A stretch of 64,000 nucleotides of DNA from a virus: IMG/VR virus record IMGVR_UViG_3300005340_000003, positions 10,599-74,598 of that record; one strand, written 5' to 3'. Of the stretch, positions 19,028-27,656 are shown piece by piece. The position numbers and the translations under genes were made by a program. Position 1 is the first letter of the stretch; each line of letters begins with the position of its first letter. Under the pieces are notes generated by a model, which did no database searches, was not told where the DNA came from, and saw only the letters and a program-made list of their open reading frames with translations.

Positions 19028-19099
19028 GGTCTGCCTTTATTGGCTGACCGTGCATATAACATATCAGAAAGGACGCACTCTGCAACAAGTATTTTCAAC
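19028..19099 (-). promoter_or_regulatory. Repeated early promoter plus AAUAAA-loop hairpin (copy 1)
   Basis: GTTGAAAATACTTG-TTGCAG-N16-TATGTT-N5-CAC-GGTCAGCC-AATAAA-GGCAGACC; near copy at 26969-27040. Confidence 0.75.
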
Positions 19100-19104
19100 T
19101 TTCA

Positions 19105-19323
19105 CTAACTCTTTGGTATTTCGGGAGTTGCGTCCGGATTGTCGAGAAAAGCGACGATCATCAACAGCACGTTTGAGTTCATTGCCAGGGCGAGAAGGAG
19201 TATCTGAAACCAGTCGAGTGTCGCCCAGGTTGCGGCAGTGAAGCCGACTGTTTTCACCAGAAATATGTTGGTCGCTGCCCACAGGCCATACAAAACCATC
19301 CGTGCGATTTTTCGAGGTGTCAT
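19105..19323 (-). CDS. Small membrane protein
   Basis: Two hydrophobic segments; ATGA-coupled to the FN3 gene. Confidence 0.55.
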   Translation of the reverse strand: MTPRKIARMVLYGLWAATNIFLVKTVGFTAATWATLDWFQILLLALAMNSNVLLMIVAFLDNPDATPEIPKS

Positions 19324-20219
19324 CGCTTGAGGGTTCGCGCAGAGATTACCGGCGAGTATGCGCTGAGTGTGCCGGCAGCATTTTGAGATTGCACGCGGAA
19401 AAAATACGTTCGGTCCCGGCGCAGTCCGGTGTTCGAGTAATAGGAATTGGAAGTGGTCGCAACATATTTGTTGTCTCGCTCCACACGGACCGTCACGGCC
19501 TCGGGCGGGGCGTCCCACCTGATGTCTATCCTGCTCGCGCTGATAACCGTTGCTCGGAGGTTCGTCGGCGCAGCCGGCACTGTAGGCACCGCTACAGTAA
19601 ACGCGGTATCCGGTCCATCCGTCCAGAGGCCGGAAGCGTTCTGAACGGCGAGGTGGCACCTCCACTGCCCGGCAGGAGCGTCAGCCGGAACAATCCAGGT
19701 TCCGGTGAAGTTCACGGTCTGTCCAGGCTGCACGCTGACATTGATTACCTCCGGAGAAAAGTCGTCGAACGGTCCTCCGGTATTTGTCGCTCCAGGACGC
19801 CGAGCGGTGATAACGGATTTCGCCGCGATGAAAACCGTGGTGGTGTCGTTCTTGAGGGTCGCGTTTGCGGTGATAGTCTGCCCTCGATTAAAAATGGTCG
19901 AATTCAGGACAGGAACACTCAAGACGATATTCCCGGACGCGGGCGGTGGCGGAGAATACGCGAGGACGTTGCTCTGCGGGGATTCGCCGGCTGAATTGAA
20001 GGCCGTCACGTAATACTGATATTGATTCGGATTCGAGACGGAGACCGTCACGGGTGGCGACGTTGGCGAAACTACCACGGCAAACGGAGCGGAATTGACG
20101 GCCTGATAAAGCCGGTAGCCGTCCGCGTTCGACACGGTGTCCCAAGTGAGCGTGAGGCTATCCGACTGTGCGACGAAGCTGCACAGGCCGGCCAGTAGTG
20201 CGATTAGTTGCTTTTTCAT
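19320..20219 (-). CDS. Secreted fibronectin type III / Ig-like domain protein
   Basis: Signal peptide MKKQLIALLAGLCSFVAQS; FN3 motifs LTLTWD...YYVTAFNSAGES and PAAPTNLRA...IRW...GL...TYFFRVQSQNAAG. Confidence 0.85.
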   Translation of the reverse strand: MKKQLIALLAGLCSFVAQSDSLTLTWDTVSNADGYRLYQAVNSAPFAVVVSPTSPPVTVSVSNPNQYQYYVTAFNSAGESPQSNVLAYSPPPPASGNIVLSVPVLNSTIFNRGQTITANATLKNDTTTVFIAAKSVITARRPGATNTGGPFDDFSPEVINVSVQPGQTVNFTGTWIVPADAPAGQWRCHLAVQNASGLWTDGPDTAFTVAVPTVPAAPTNLRATVISASRIDIRWDAPPEAVTVRVERDNKYVATTSNSYYSNTGLRRDRTYFFRVQSQNAAGTLSAYSPVISARTLKR

Positions 20220-20764
20220 TATGCGTTGGTTAGTTGATGGTAACGTGAGAGAAAAGTGTGTTCGACAGAATCGAAATCGAATCGTCGGTAATCCGACATG
20301 AGTTTGAAATCCCAATGCCATTTTACCGGAGGAATAACACGCGGAACGTCACCGGGATGGTCTGGAAAAAAATACTCGTGCTCCAGGAAAAGTGCCGCTG
20401 CGTCCGCTTGCTTGACTTGCTCGTGAAACGGAAATTCAAAGTTGAGGGCGTCAGCGATTGTTTTCATTAGCCGGTGTTCGATGATTTGATATTCCGGCAT
20501 GTCGTTTTTTACCGGTTTCGCGATGTCGGAGAGTCCGAGTCCTTCACTCGCATCGTGCAGTAGTGCAGCCCGCGCATGCTCGGGTTCCACCATAAAAGAA
20601 ACGTGGATCGAGTGAAGACCGACTGAATAAAATCCTGGGAGGTGCCCATTCCATCGGCAGAGTCGAGAAAGTGTGTGGGCTATGTCTTCGATCCGAATGT
20701 CCGAGGGTTCTGCATCGAGGGGGTAAAATGGATCACCTGAAAATGTTCTAATGTATTCGCTCAT
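20219..20764 (-). CDS. HD-domain 5'-deoxynucleotidase (YfbR/YfdR-like)
   Basis: IEDIAHTLSRLCRWNGH, YSVGLHS, ALLHDASE, DIAKPVK, VKQAD. Confidence 0.88.
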   Translation of the reverse strand: MSEYIRTFSGDPFYPLDAEPSDIRIEDIAHTLSRLCRWNGHLPGFYSVGLHSIHVSFMVEPEHARAALLHDASEGLGLSDIAKPVKNDMPEYQIIEHRLMKTIADALNFEFPFHEQVKQADAAALFLEHEYFFPDHPGDVPRVIPPVKWHWDFKLMSDYRRFDFDSVEHTFLSRYHQLTNA

Positions 20765-20778
20765 GGTTTATTTTTAGC

Positions 20779-20976
20779 CTACACGTCCTCCGGTGTGCTC
20801 ACAACTTCTATTCGGAGGATTTGAAAAGTCGTTTTTCGATACTGTCTCTCACGAGGTTTCAACACCTTGTCCCGATACCAAAGAGCGCCATCGAGGGTTT
20901 GATGGTCCGACCCCACAATAAAAGGTTTTTCATCTTTGTTTGTGGCCTCAACTTGCCAGTATGTTCGAACGATCAT
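20779..20976 (-). CDS. Hypothetical protein
   Basis: 65 aa ORF in operon. Confidence 0.45.
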   Translation of the reverse strand: MIVRTYWQVEATNKDEKPFIVGSDHQTLDGALWYRDKVLKPRERQYRKTTFQILRIEVVSTPEDV

Positions 20977-20981
20977 AAAAA

Positions 20982-21160
20982 GTTGCCGGTTACGTCTCCG
21001 GCTCCCGCCGTTGATAGACGGGACGATTTAATATTTGCCGCGTATCGTTAGCGTGCCCACGGCTATGTTTTTCTGTTGAATCGGCGACATCTTTTACCCG
21101 ATGCCGATAGCCCGATCCCTTCACCGGCTGATTTGTCCCGGTTATCGACCGGAGCCGGTT
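20982..21160 (-). ncRNA. Candidate structured RNA
   Basis: Nested helices ACCGGCT/AGCCGGT, CCGGT/ACCGG, GGCTAT/ATAGCC, TCGGC/GCCGA, TCCCGTC/GGCGGGA and GCCGG/CCGGC in a ~210-nt gene gap. Confidence 0.4.
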
Positions 21161-21190
21161 CGAAATTGCGTGCCGTCCCTCTCTTAGAAA

Positions 21191-21424
21191 TCACTTCCGT
21201 TGTCTCCGTTCCAGGAGTGCCGTAATTGCGAGAGCTACTCCGGCGAACGCCAGGATGCCTCCAAGGAAAACCACCACCAGCCCGAGGCTAATCCAAAGCG
21301 GAGACAGCACCCACCACCAGGACCAGTCGATTACGTGACAAAGTTTCAGGGTGATAAAAACGATGGTGAGAAGTCCTCCGAAACTGATTCCTCCGCTTGA
21401 CGCTTGTGTTTTTGTGTCGCTCAT
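21191..21424 (-). CDS. Small membrane protein ([11 protein letters not shown] family)
   Basis: [19 protein letters not shown] plus transmembrane segments; a widespread phage family. Confidence 0.75.
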   Translation of the reverse strand: MSDTKTQASSGGISFGGLLTIVFITLKLCHVIDWSWWWVLSPLWISLGLVVVFLGGILAFAGVALAITALLERRQRK

Positions 21425-21993
21425 AGTTTTGCTGTTACGATTCCGGTTTGTGATTGATACTTTCCTTTTTTGTCCGCGTAACTGACATCGCAGCCGCCAG
21501 CGTCACCTCGGAAGAAAAGCACCTGGGCGATGCCTTCGTTAGCGTAGATTTTCGCCGGCAATGGAGTTGTGTTTGAAATCTCCAGGGTGACGAAGCCTTC
21601 CCACTCGGGCTCGAAGGGTGTCACGTTGACGATGATCCCGCACCGGGCGTATGTCGATTTGCCGAGGCATACCGTAATCAGGTCGCGAGGAATTCGAAAA
21701 TACTCCACACTCACGCCGAGGGCGAAACTGTTCGGCGGGATGATTACGTATTCTTCCGTCTGCACGGTAACGAATGCCTCGTCCTTGAAAGCCTTCGGAT
21801 CGACAAGGGTGCCGTGGACGTTGGTGAAAATCTTAAACTCATTCCCGATGCGGATGTCATATCCGTAGCTGCTCAAACCGTAGGATATTTTCCCGTCGCG
21901 CACTTGATGATCCACGAAGGGGTCAATCATCGGCTTAAAGTTGCCGGAGGTAAAACATCGGGCGGTTATTTGATGGTCGGCGAGGACGCTCAT
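21421..21993 (-). CDS. dcd: dCTP deaminase
   Basis: [47 protein letters not shown]; start MSVLAD at 21993. Confidence 0.97.
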   Translation of the reverse strand: MSVLADHQITARCFTSGNFKPMIDPFVDHQVRDGKISYGLSSYGYDIRIGNEFKIFTNVHGTLVDPKAFKDEAFVTVQTEEYVIIPPNSFALGVSVEYFRIPRDLITVCLGKSTYARCGIIVNVTPFEPEWEGFVTLEISNTTPLPAKIYANEGIAQVLFFRGDAGGCDVSYADKKGKYQSQTGIVTAKL

Positions 21994-22184
21994 ACGCTCA
22001 TGTCTTCGTGTTTTTCTTGTGTGCGATTGAATCGACGACCGGGATGGTGACTCGTTCGCCCTTTTCGTTGATGAATTCTCCGGCCTCCTGGTTGCCTTCA
22101 CCGGGCCAGAACGGATTCTGGCCGAGTGAATCTTCCGGGCGACCTTCGATTTTGTTTCCTGGTTTTTTCTTTCTGCTCATATTT

Positions 22185-22427
22185 TTAGAACGGGTTGTCA
22201 TCGGGTTTCTTTCGAAAATAAATGAAAAGGTCTCCGGTATCGTCGGTGGTTAAAACTGTGTCCCAACCAAGTAAGCCGGCTGTTGCAACGCGCTCCCGCA
22301 AGGACTTCAATTCCCACCCGTTGCTGAGTTTGTCCTTCGGGTATCTCCACAAGAGTCTGGTGCGCGGAAACTCCACGGAGTATGCCCACGCCTGGGCTCG
22401 GGCGAGAAGTTTTGTGTATGGGTTCAT
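22185..22427 (-). CDS. Hypothetical protein
   Basis: ATG at 22427 overlaps the kinase stop. Confidence 0.5.
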   Translation of the reverse strand: MNPYTKLLARAQAWAYSVEFPRTRLLWRYPKDKLSNGWELKSLRERVATAGLLGWDTVLTTDDTGDLFIYFRKKPDDNPF

Positions 22428-23440
22428 TGTGCGATCCTGGTAAATTCTTCGAGTGTGTAAATCCGGTTGCTCGGAGACGGGACACTCGGGTCCGACCAGA
22501 TGACTCGAAGTTTGTTGCCGGCGCGTTGTGCCGATAGTTTTTTCGTGAGGTCCGCGTCGAGGGAGTGGGCGAGTTTCTCCGACATATCGCGAAGCTCCGG
22601 CGACTCTGGCGTGAGCTTGCGCTGCGCGAGTCGGGCGGTCCACGATACAGGCGAACAGAGAATATGCCAGTGTTCGAAACCGCCAGCAGTGAGAGATTTG
22701 TATTCGTTCGCGAATCGGCAGTTGGTGACGGCGACACGCGCCGGCCCGAGGCCGAGGGACCGGTGGAATACCGACTTCACCCAAATGTCCTGATCGAGTC
22801 CGAAAAGTCCGAAGTCGGTTCCGGTGTTAACCAGGATTTTCTGGTTCGCCAGGGATCGAACCATCAGGCAAAACATTGCCCGCTCGGGAGTAAGTGGATA
22901 CTGCTCGTTGATTTCGTTGCGTCCCCACTGGCCGATTGTCTGGAGGGTTTTTCGAATGCCGGGGAGCGCCTTGTTGTCGGCGTCGATCCGAGTATTAAAA
23001 AGGTATTCCGCTAACACATACATCGGGTCCGCGAATCCGAGGACTGTCGCGCCGATACTTTTGGCGACGAAATCCTTGCCGGCGCAAAGCTTGCCGGTGA
23101 AGAAAATTTTCCGTGCAACTGAGGCGTGTGTTGAACTGGTCGCTGGAGGATTAGCGGTGGGAGTAGTTGCCTCAGCTTGCACGGTGGAAGTTAGTTGTGT
23201 GATCCTACCGACAACCGGCGCGGAGGCCGGCATCGGATCGGCGAAAATCGTTGCGCCGTGACGATCCGTTTGTTGTTTAAACGTGTCAGCGATTTCTTGT
23301 TTGCCCTCGGGCGGCACAACTGCACCGGTAACTTCGGGGTTATTCACGAAGTCAACCAGTCCGCGCAACGTGGCGGCGTCGGTGCCCATGTTGGATTTGT
23401 CTAGGGGCTTCTTCAAGGTCGTATCGGTAAGTTCATTCAT
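22424..23440 (-). CDS. Deoxynucleoside monophosphate kinase (T4 gp1-like) with N-terminal extension
   Basis: P-loop TGKLCAGKD, FADPM, RKTLQTIGQWGR, WVKS, TNCRFANE. Confidence 0.82.
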   Translation of the reverse strand: MNELTDTTLKKPLDKSNMGTDAATLRGLVDFVNNPEVTGAVVPPEGKQEIADTFKQQTDRHGATIFADPMPASAPVVGRITQLTSTVQAEATTPTANPPATSSTHASVARKIFFTGKLCAGKDFVAKSIGATVLGFADPMYVLAEYLFNTRIDADNKALPGIRKTLQTIGQWGRNEINEQYPLTPERAMFCLMVRSLANQKILVNTGTDFGLFGLDQDIWVKSVFHRSLGLGPARVAVTNCRFANEYKSLTAGGFEHWHILCSPVSWTARLAQRKLTPESPELRDMSEKLAHSLDADLTKKLSAQRAGNKLRVIWSDPSVPSPSNRIYTLEEFTRIAQ

Positions 23441-23714
23441 AAAAATTCCATGCTGATCGTATCACCACAAAACACCCAATTTTTTCCACGGCAGTATTCA
23501 CGAAAAAGTCCCTGCTCGCGCCAGGAACGATACTCAAAACCGGTTCGGCGCACAACTTCTGTTGCGAATCTTTTATCTCTCTCGCACAGAAAGGATAGGT
23601 TCGTTACGGGAGAAAAGCCGGAGGCGGCTGGTTCGCTCTGCAACTCTCGGGCGGATTTCGGTTGGTTGTTCACGAGCTATGTATCGCCAGTATGCCGCCT
23701 GGAAGGAATGCCAT

Positions 23715-23945
23715 TCAGACACATGAGCGGTTGTCGGTAGTTTGTTCTTCATAAAGTTTCCTCAATCCGCGACGGAGCTTCGCGAGGGCCTCTTGCTCGA
23801 TCTGCACGACACGTTGGCGGCTGAGCCCGAGGATGTCGGCGACTTGCTGGTGTGTTCGAAGTTCATAAGGTAGCATCGGATTTTTCACTGATCTAGCGGC
23901 TTTATCCGGTCGGTGCCGGATTCGGTATATTTCATTATCGTCCAT
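23715..23945 (-). CDS. Stand-alone sigma region-4 HTH protein
   Basis: RTHQQVADILGLSRQRVVQIEQEALAKLR. Confidence 0.75.
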   Translation of the reverse strand: MDDNEIYRIRHRPDKAARSVKNPMLPYELRTHQQVADILGLSRQRVVQIEQEALAKLRRGLRKLYEEQTTDNRSCV

Positions 23946-24019
23946 TGTCGTTCTTGTTGAAAAGTCCGATGATGAAAGCCACGAGACCGATAAGCAAAAT
24001 GAAAAATATGGCTGTCACA

Positions 24020-24376
24020 TTAGCATCCCCTGCATCCGTCGTCGATGTCCTCGGGCGCTTCCGGCTCAGGCCGAGCCATATCCGGATGATCCCACTCGTG
24101 CCGAAGATTCGTCACGGTGCCTGGATAAAGGACCATCCAAAATCGTTTGCCTGGAGTGACGCCGTGATCGAGAAAAGGATCGACCACTCCGATAGGCTGG
24201 ATCATTTCCGGACACGCGATGACTCTCTCAATGCAGCCGGGAGCGAGAATAACTTTCTGCCCCGGTAAAAGTTTCTCGTCTGAGAAAACTGGCGCGATTG
24301 CGACGTGAACGGCATCGCGTTGGATGTCATCGTAAGACCGCAGCAATTCTCCGAGCTTAGGTGAGTGTTTCGACAT
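24020..24376 (-). CDS. Conserved phage hypothetical protein
   Basis: RDAVHVA...GVVDPFL...LYPGTVTNLRHEWDHP. Confidence 0.65.
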   Translation of the reverse strand: MSKHSPKLGELLRSYDDIQRDAVHVAIAPVFSDEKLLPGQKVILAPGCIERVIACPEMIQPIGVVDPFLDHGVTPGKRFWMVLYPGTVTNLRHEWDHPDMARPEPEAPEDIDDGCRGC

Positions 24377-24797
24377 AAGGTGCTCCGAAAATCTGGTGTT
24401 CCGGGGAGGCGAGGTGGGCCTGATAGTTTTTGATGTTCTCTTCGCGACGGCGGATTTCCCGAGTTGCCGCCGTTTGAATGGTGATGAGCGGGTAAATCAC
24501 TTCCTTCGTGAAGTTCTCGCGGATGAAATCCACCTGAATTTTCCTGAGTTGCGTCGATGCCATCCGGAAACGGCGAACGGATCGCCTGAGTGCCCGGTGA
24601 ACCCGGTCGATGGGGGTGTGAGTGAACATCGTTTCAATCCGTTGGCCGAGCGACTTCGGCTGCTGTTCGCTGATCCAGTGTGTTTCCCGGCTCCGCATCA
24701 GGTTCCGGCGAAAAGTCCCGGTCATCCGAAGCTTCGGATTCGTTAGCTGCTCCGTCGCTGTTGACGCCGGTATCGTGTCCCTGTCTAGTTTTTGCAT
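24357..24797 (-). CDS. Hypothetical protein
   Basis: 146 aa ORF tiling the minus-strand operon. Confidence 0.5.
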   Translation of the reverse strand: MQKLDRDTIPASTATEQLTNPKLRMTGTFRRNLMRSRETHWISEQQPKSLGQRIETMFTHTPIDRVHRALRRSVRRFRMASTQLRKIQVDFIRENFTKEVIYPLITIQTAATREIRRREENIKNYQAHLASPEHQIFGAPYVETLT

Positions 24798-25023
24798 AAC
24801 ATTTATTCCTTCGTTTTAGTTCGTCTGTCAGTGGCAGAATCATTCCGCACCGGCAGACAAAATTCTTCGGATCGGCTGCTCGTGTCAGCCATATTGGTTC
24901 GATCTGTTCCACTTCGTTGTCTCCCATATCTAGTGACGCAATTTCGAGTCGCGTGCTGCTCTCCGCAACCACGGCAAGGTTGCTGATTGCGGAGGGCTTT
25001 CCAGTTGATTTTCCTCAGTTGCA

Positions 25024-25248
25024 TTATTGGTGAGAGTCGGAGACTTCATCATACATCGAGGGGATAAAAACCTCGGGCGTTTCATTGAAACGCCAATTAG
25101 GTATGATGTTCGCCCAGGACCAATTCTCCGCACCGTCAACATGGAGGAAAAATCCAGGTTTTTCTTTCGGCATTTCCGGATGATTGAGCGACAGCAAAAG
25201 CTTCTCGATCTCCGCCGCGATGTGTTGTTTTTCTGAGGTGCTGAACAT
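25024..25248 (-). CDS. Hypothetical protein
   Basis: 74 aa; LHVDGAENWSWANI. Confidence 0.55.
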   Translation of the reverse strand: MFSTSEKQHIAAEIEKLLLSLNHPEMPKEKPGFFLHVDGAENWSWANIIPNWRFNETPEVFIPSMYDEVSDSHQ

Positions 25249-25249
25249 A

Positions 25250-25474
25250 TTATTTTGAGGGTGCGCGGCAGATTGCTACGCCGTGCCCGGTTGAAACGAT
25301 GATGTAGGTGCTGCCGTCAATTTCGACTTTGCTTACTGTCAGGGACGAGGAAAATGTTTGCGACTGAGCCACGACCCGAATTTGCGCGTATTCCTCCGGC
25401 AGCTTCACGTCCGATTGAGGCGTGCAGCCGGCAGCGAGTGCCGCGATTAGTGCGAGGATTTTGATTTTCGTCAT
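25250..25474 (-). CDS. Putative lipoprotein
   Basis: MTKIKILALIAALAAGC lipobox. Confidence 0.6.
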   Translation of the reverse strand: MTKIKILALIAALAAGCTPQSDVKLPEEYAQIRVVAQSQTFSSSLTVSKVEIDGSTYIIVSTGHGVAICRAPSK

Positions 25475-25806
25475 ACGAATTGAGTGGATACTACAGTGAT
25501 GGTGACGGCGACACAACTTTGATTGAGACCGTCGCGGATAAATTTCGCGAGGCCGAGGATTTCGTGGGTTTTGTTGTCGGTGGTGAGAATCGACAAAATC
25601 CTCCCATCCTCACGGATGATGATCTTGTTCGGATCGACCCATCCGCCTCGGGTGTCGATCCAAGTGTAACCTCCGAAAAGCTCGCAGGCGAGTTTTTCGA
25701 TTTGCTCTCGGAGCGACCACATTTCGTGCGTGGTCGTGTCGAGCAGATCGTTGTTCCTGTCGCGCTCGATGCCGAAGGTGATTTCAGCTTTGATGGATTG
25801 GCTCAT
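25471..25806 (-). CDS. DUF3574/SAM-lyase-like protein (tentative)
   Basis: FGGYT...RGGW...RED...LAKFIRDGLNQSCVAV pattern. Confidence 0.4.
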   Translation of the reverse strand: MSQSIKAEITFGIERDRNNDLLDTTTHEMWSLREQIEKLACELFGGYTWIDTRGGWVDPNKIIIREDGRILSILTTDNKTHEILGLAKFIRDGLNQSCVAVTITVVSTQFV

Positions 25807-25807
25807 A

Positions 25808-26176
25808 TTAAAAGGTCCAGTCGTCGCCGGCGATTGTCGGCATTCGATTCGCTTCTCGCACGTTGGCGGAAAAGTTCCACCAGTCTTCGATGGCGCGTTT
25901 GGCGACGGCAAGATGAGTGAGATACTTCCGGCTATCGATGACGGTAGCATCATAATACGGGTTCAGGAAGAATTCCCGAAATTGTTTGATGGCGGCGATT
26001 TTTTTGTCGGGCCGGATGTTTCCCAGGTGAGTAACGAACGGTGCCATTGCCTCGAAAAATCGGGCGACATCCGGATCGAGTGCCGAGGGGCTGATGATGT
26101 CCAGTTCGAAATTATCGATGCCGAGCTTCGTTGCGATGATGGCGTGGACTTCTGCGAGTGTGAGCGTGATTTTCAT
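25808..26176 (-). CDS. Protein with a ribosomal bL12 C-terminal-like motif
   Basis: KKIAAIKQFRE...LAVAKRAIE. Confidence 0.45.
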   Translation of the reverse strand: MKITLTLAEVHAIIATKLGIDNFELDIISPSALDPDVARFFEAMAPFVTHLGNIRPDKKIAAIKQFREFFLNPYYDATVIDSRKYLTHLAVAKRAIEDWWNFSANVREANRMPTIAGDDWTF

Positions 26177-26463
26177 TGGCGAGTCTTTCGAACGCTGACG
26201 AGGTTTTCCGCCGTGGCGACTCCGGGCGTTCCGAAACGACCGCCCATATTCAAGGCGACGTATCCGGGAGAAATGATGACTGCGCGTCCGGTGGCATTCT
26301 TCCATTCCTGGCCGTGCATGCCACGACCAGCCGGAACGAGGATTGTCACGCGGTCGCCTGGGCGGATGCTGGCGAGGTAGCGTTTCACGCTGGCGGCGTA
26401 TTCACTGCCCATGCTCGCCGCGTCGGTCATTCGTTTTTCCAGTGTCACGGATTCACCACGCAT
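26173..26463 (-). CDS. Hypothetical protein
   Basis: ATGA-coupled ORF in an early operon. Confidence 0.5.
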   Translation of the reverse strand: MRGESVTLEKRMTDAASMGSEYAASVKRYLASIRPGDRVTILVPAGRGMHGQEWKNATGRAVIISPGYVALNMGGRFGTPGVATAENLVSVRKTRQ

Positions 26464-26663
26464 TCAATCTCAAAGTCTATGCTGTCTTTAAGAGCGCGGA
26501 GGCTTGGGCTGCCAACAATTTTCCTCCCACTGGGAAGCGTTGCACCCCATCGGTAGCAACGCACATACCCATTGGCGGCAATACCTGAACTAACAGTCCA
26601 TCGGCTATCCGCCTTCACGCGGAGGCAAGGTTTTTTGAAAATTTCGCAGCCTTTGTATTTCAT
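26445..26663 (-). CDS. Hypothetical protein
   Basis: 72 aa ORF in an early operon. Confidence 0.45.
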   Translation of the reverse strand: MKYKGCEIFKKPCLRVKADSRWTVSSGIAANGYVRCYRWGATLPSGRKIVGSPSLRALKDSIDFEIECVVNP

Positions 26664-26714
26664 GTTAGCCTTTCAGGTTGCGCCCGATGCTGGCGAGGAG
26701 TTGTTCGGCGGGGA

Positions 26715-26951
26715 TCATCGGGCACCTCCGGTCACGCCGCAGGCGGCGAGAAAAATGTTGCGGTTGAATCGGGGATTGGCGTCGGAGAAAACGTCTGCGA
26801 GGCGGTTTGCCATCCGTTCGATGGTGAAAACCCGGGTGTTGCCCTCAGCAATAGACTGCCCGTCCTGGCCGGGGAGATTGCGAAGTTGAATCGCAGCGTC
26901 ATATTGGTTCTTGATCGCTGCCGCCACTGCTACGAAGTCTTTTCTGCTCAT
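26715..26951 (-). CDS. Early phage protein (NPRF...FLAACG family)
   Basis: MSRKDFVAVAAAI...LADVFSDANPRFNRNIFLAACG. Confidence 0.7.
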   Translation of the reverse strand: MSRKDFVAVAAAIKNQYDAAIQLRNLPGQDGQSIAEGNTRVFTIERMANRLADVFSDANPRFNRNIFLAACGVTGGAR

Positions 26952-26968
26952 GATTTTTGTTTTTGTTT

Positions 26969-27040
26969 GGCCGGCGTTTATTCGCTGACCGTGGTTACAA
27001 CATATCAAAACCGCTGGAGTCTGCAACAACTATTTTCAAC
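26969..27040 (-). promoter_or_regulatory. Repeated early promoter plus AAUAAA-loop hairpin (copy 2)
   Basis: GTTGAAAATAGTTG-TTGCAG-N16-TATGTT-N5-CAC-GGTCAGCG-AATAAA-CGCCGGCC. Confidence 0.75.
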
Positions 27041-27656
27041 TTTCTTTGGCTGGTTGTAGAAGTCGTTGCTCAATAGACACTTGCATAACGTTGTCTGCGT
27101 TCGGAATAACTTTCCTCACCTCCGCGATGTCGCCGCAGCCGTAAACCAGGCTCGGATGTGACTTGTCGGCCTCAAACCAAGTGCTTACGACCGTTTTGGT
27201 TGAGTCGAGACTGAGAGGCTCGAAAATGATCGCCTGGGAAGTTCCCAAGCTACTCAGTTTCACAATGCCCTGAAATGCGTTCCGGACGAGGCTACGGGCG
27301 GTGTTGTTGACGATGGACATCAGTTGCGCCGGATTCTCCTTGGCGTTGCGTATAACCGATTCTGGAATGAATGCGGATACTTGCCATCCGATGCGGCCTC
27401 TACCCGATGGGTCGCTGTTCTCAACACGGATTTGCATAACCTGGGAGCGCAGGTGTTGATAATCCTTTCCCCACTGTTTGATCTCTGCGTTTAAACGAAC
27501 CTTTTGGGCGGAGCACCCGTGAAAACGAAAAGTCATCGCGTCGAGTTCCACCTGGAGGCGGATAACATTCGATTTGAGATTCTCGCACTCCGAGAAAAGG
27601 TCGCCGGTCCAGAAATTCCACAGCCAGCGGTGGAGTTTATGAAGAATGTTTTTCAC
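27036..27656 (-). CDS. Hypothetical coiled-coil protein
   Basis: Long ORF; likely GTG start at 27656. Confidence 0.55.
   Translation of the reverse strand: MKNILHKLHRWLWNFWTGDLFSECENLKSNVIRLQVELDAMTFRFHGCSAQKVRLNAEIKQWGKDYQHLRSQVMQIRVENSDPSGRGRIGWQVSAFIPESVIRNAKENPAQLMSIVNNTARSLVRNAFQGIVKLSSLGTSQAIIFEPLSLDSTKTVVSTWFEADKSHPSLVYGCGDIAEVRKVIPNADNVMQVSIEQRLLQPAKES

Noticed and set aside
4968-20764. Z-genome (DpoZ/DatZ) system suggested by PolA plus HD hydrolase
   Set aside because: No PurZ or MazZ recognised in the window; the HD protein fits the common YfbR/YfdR type.
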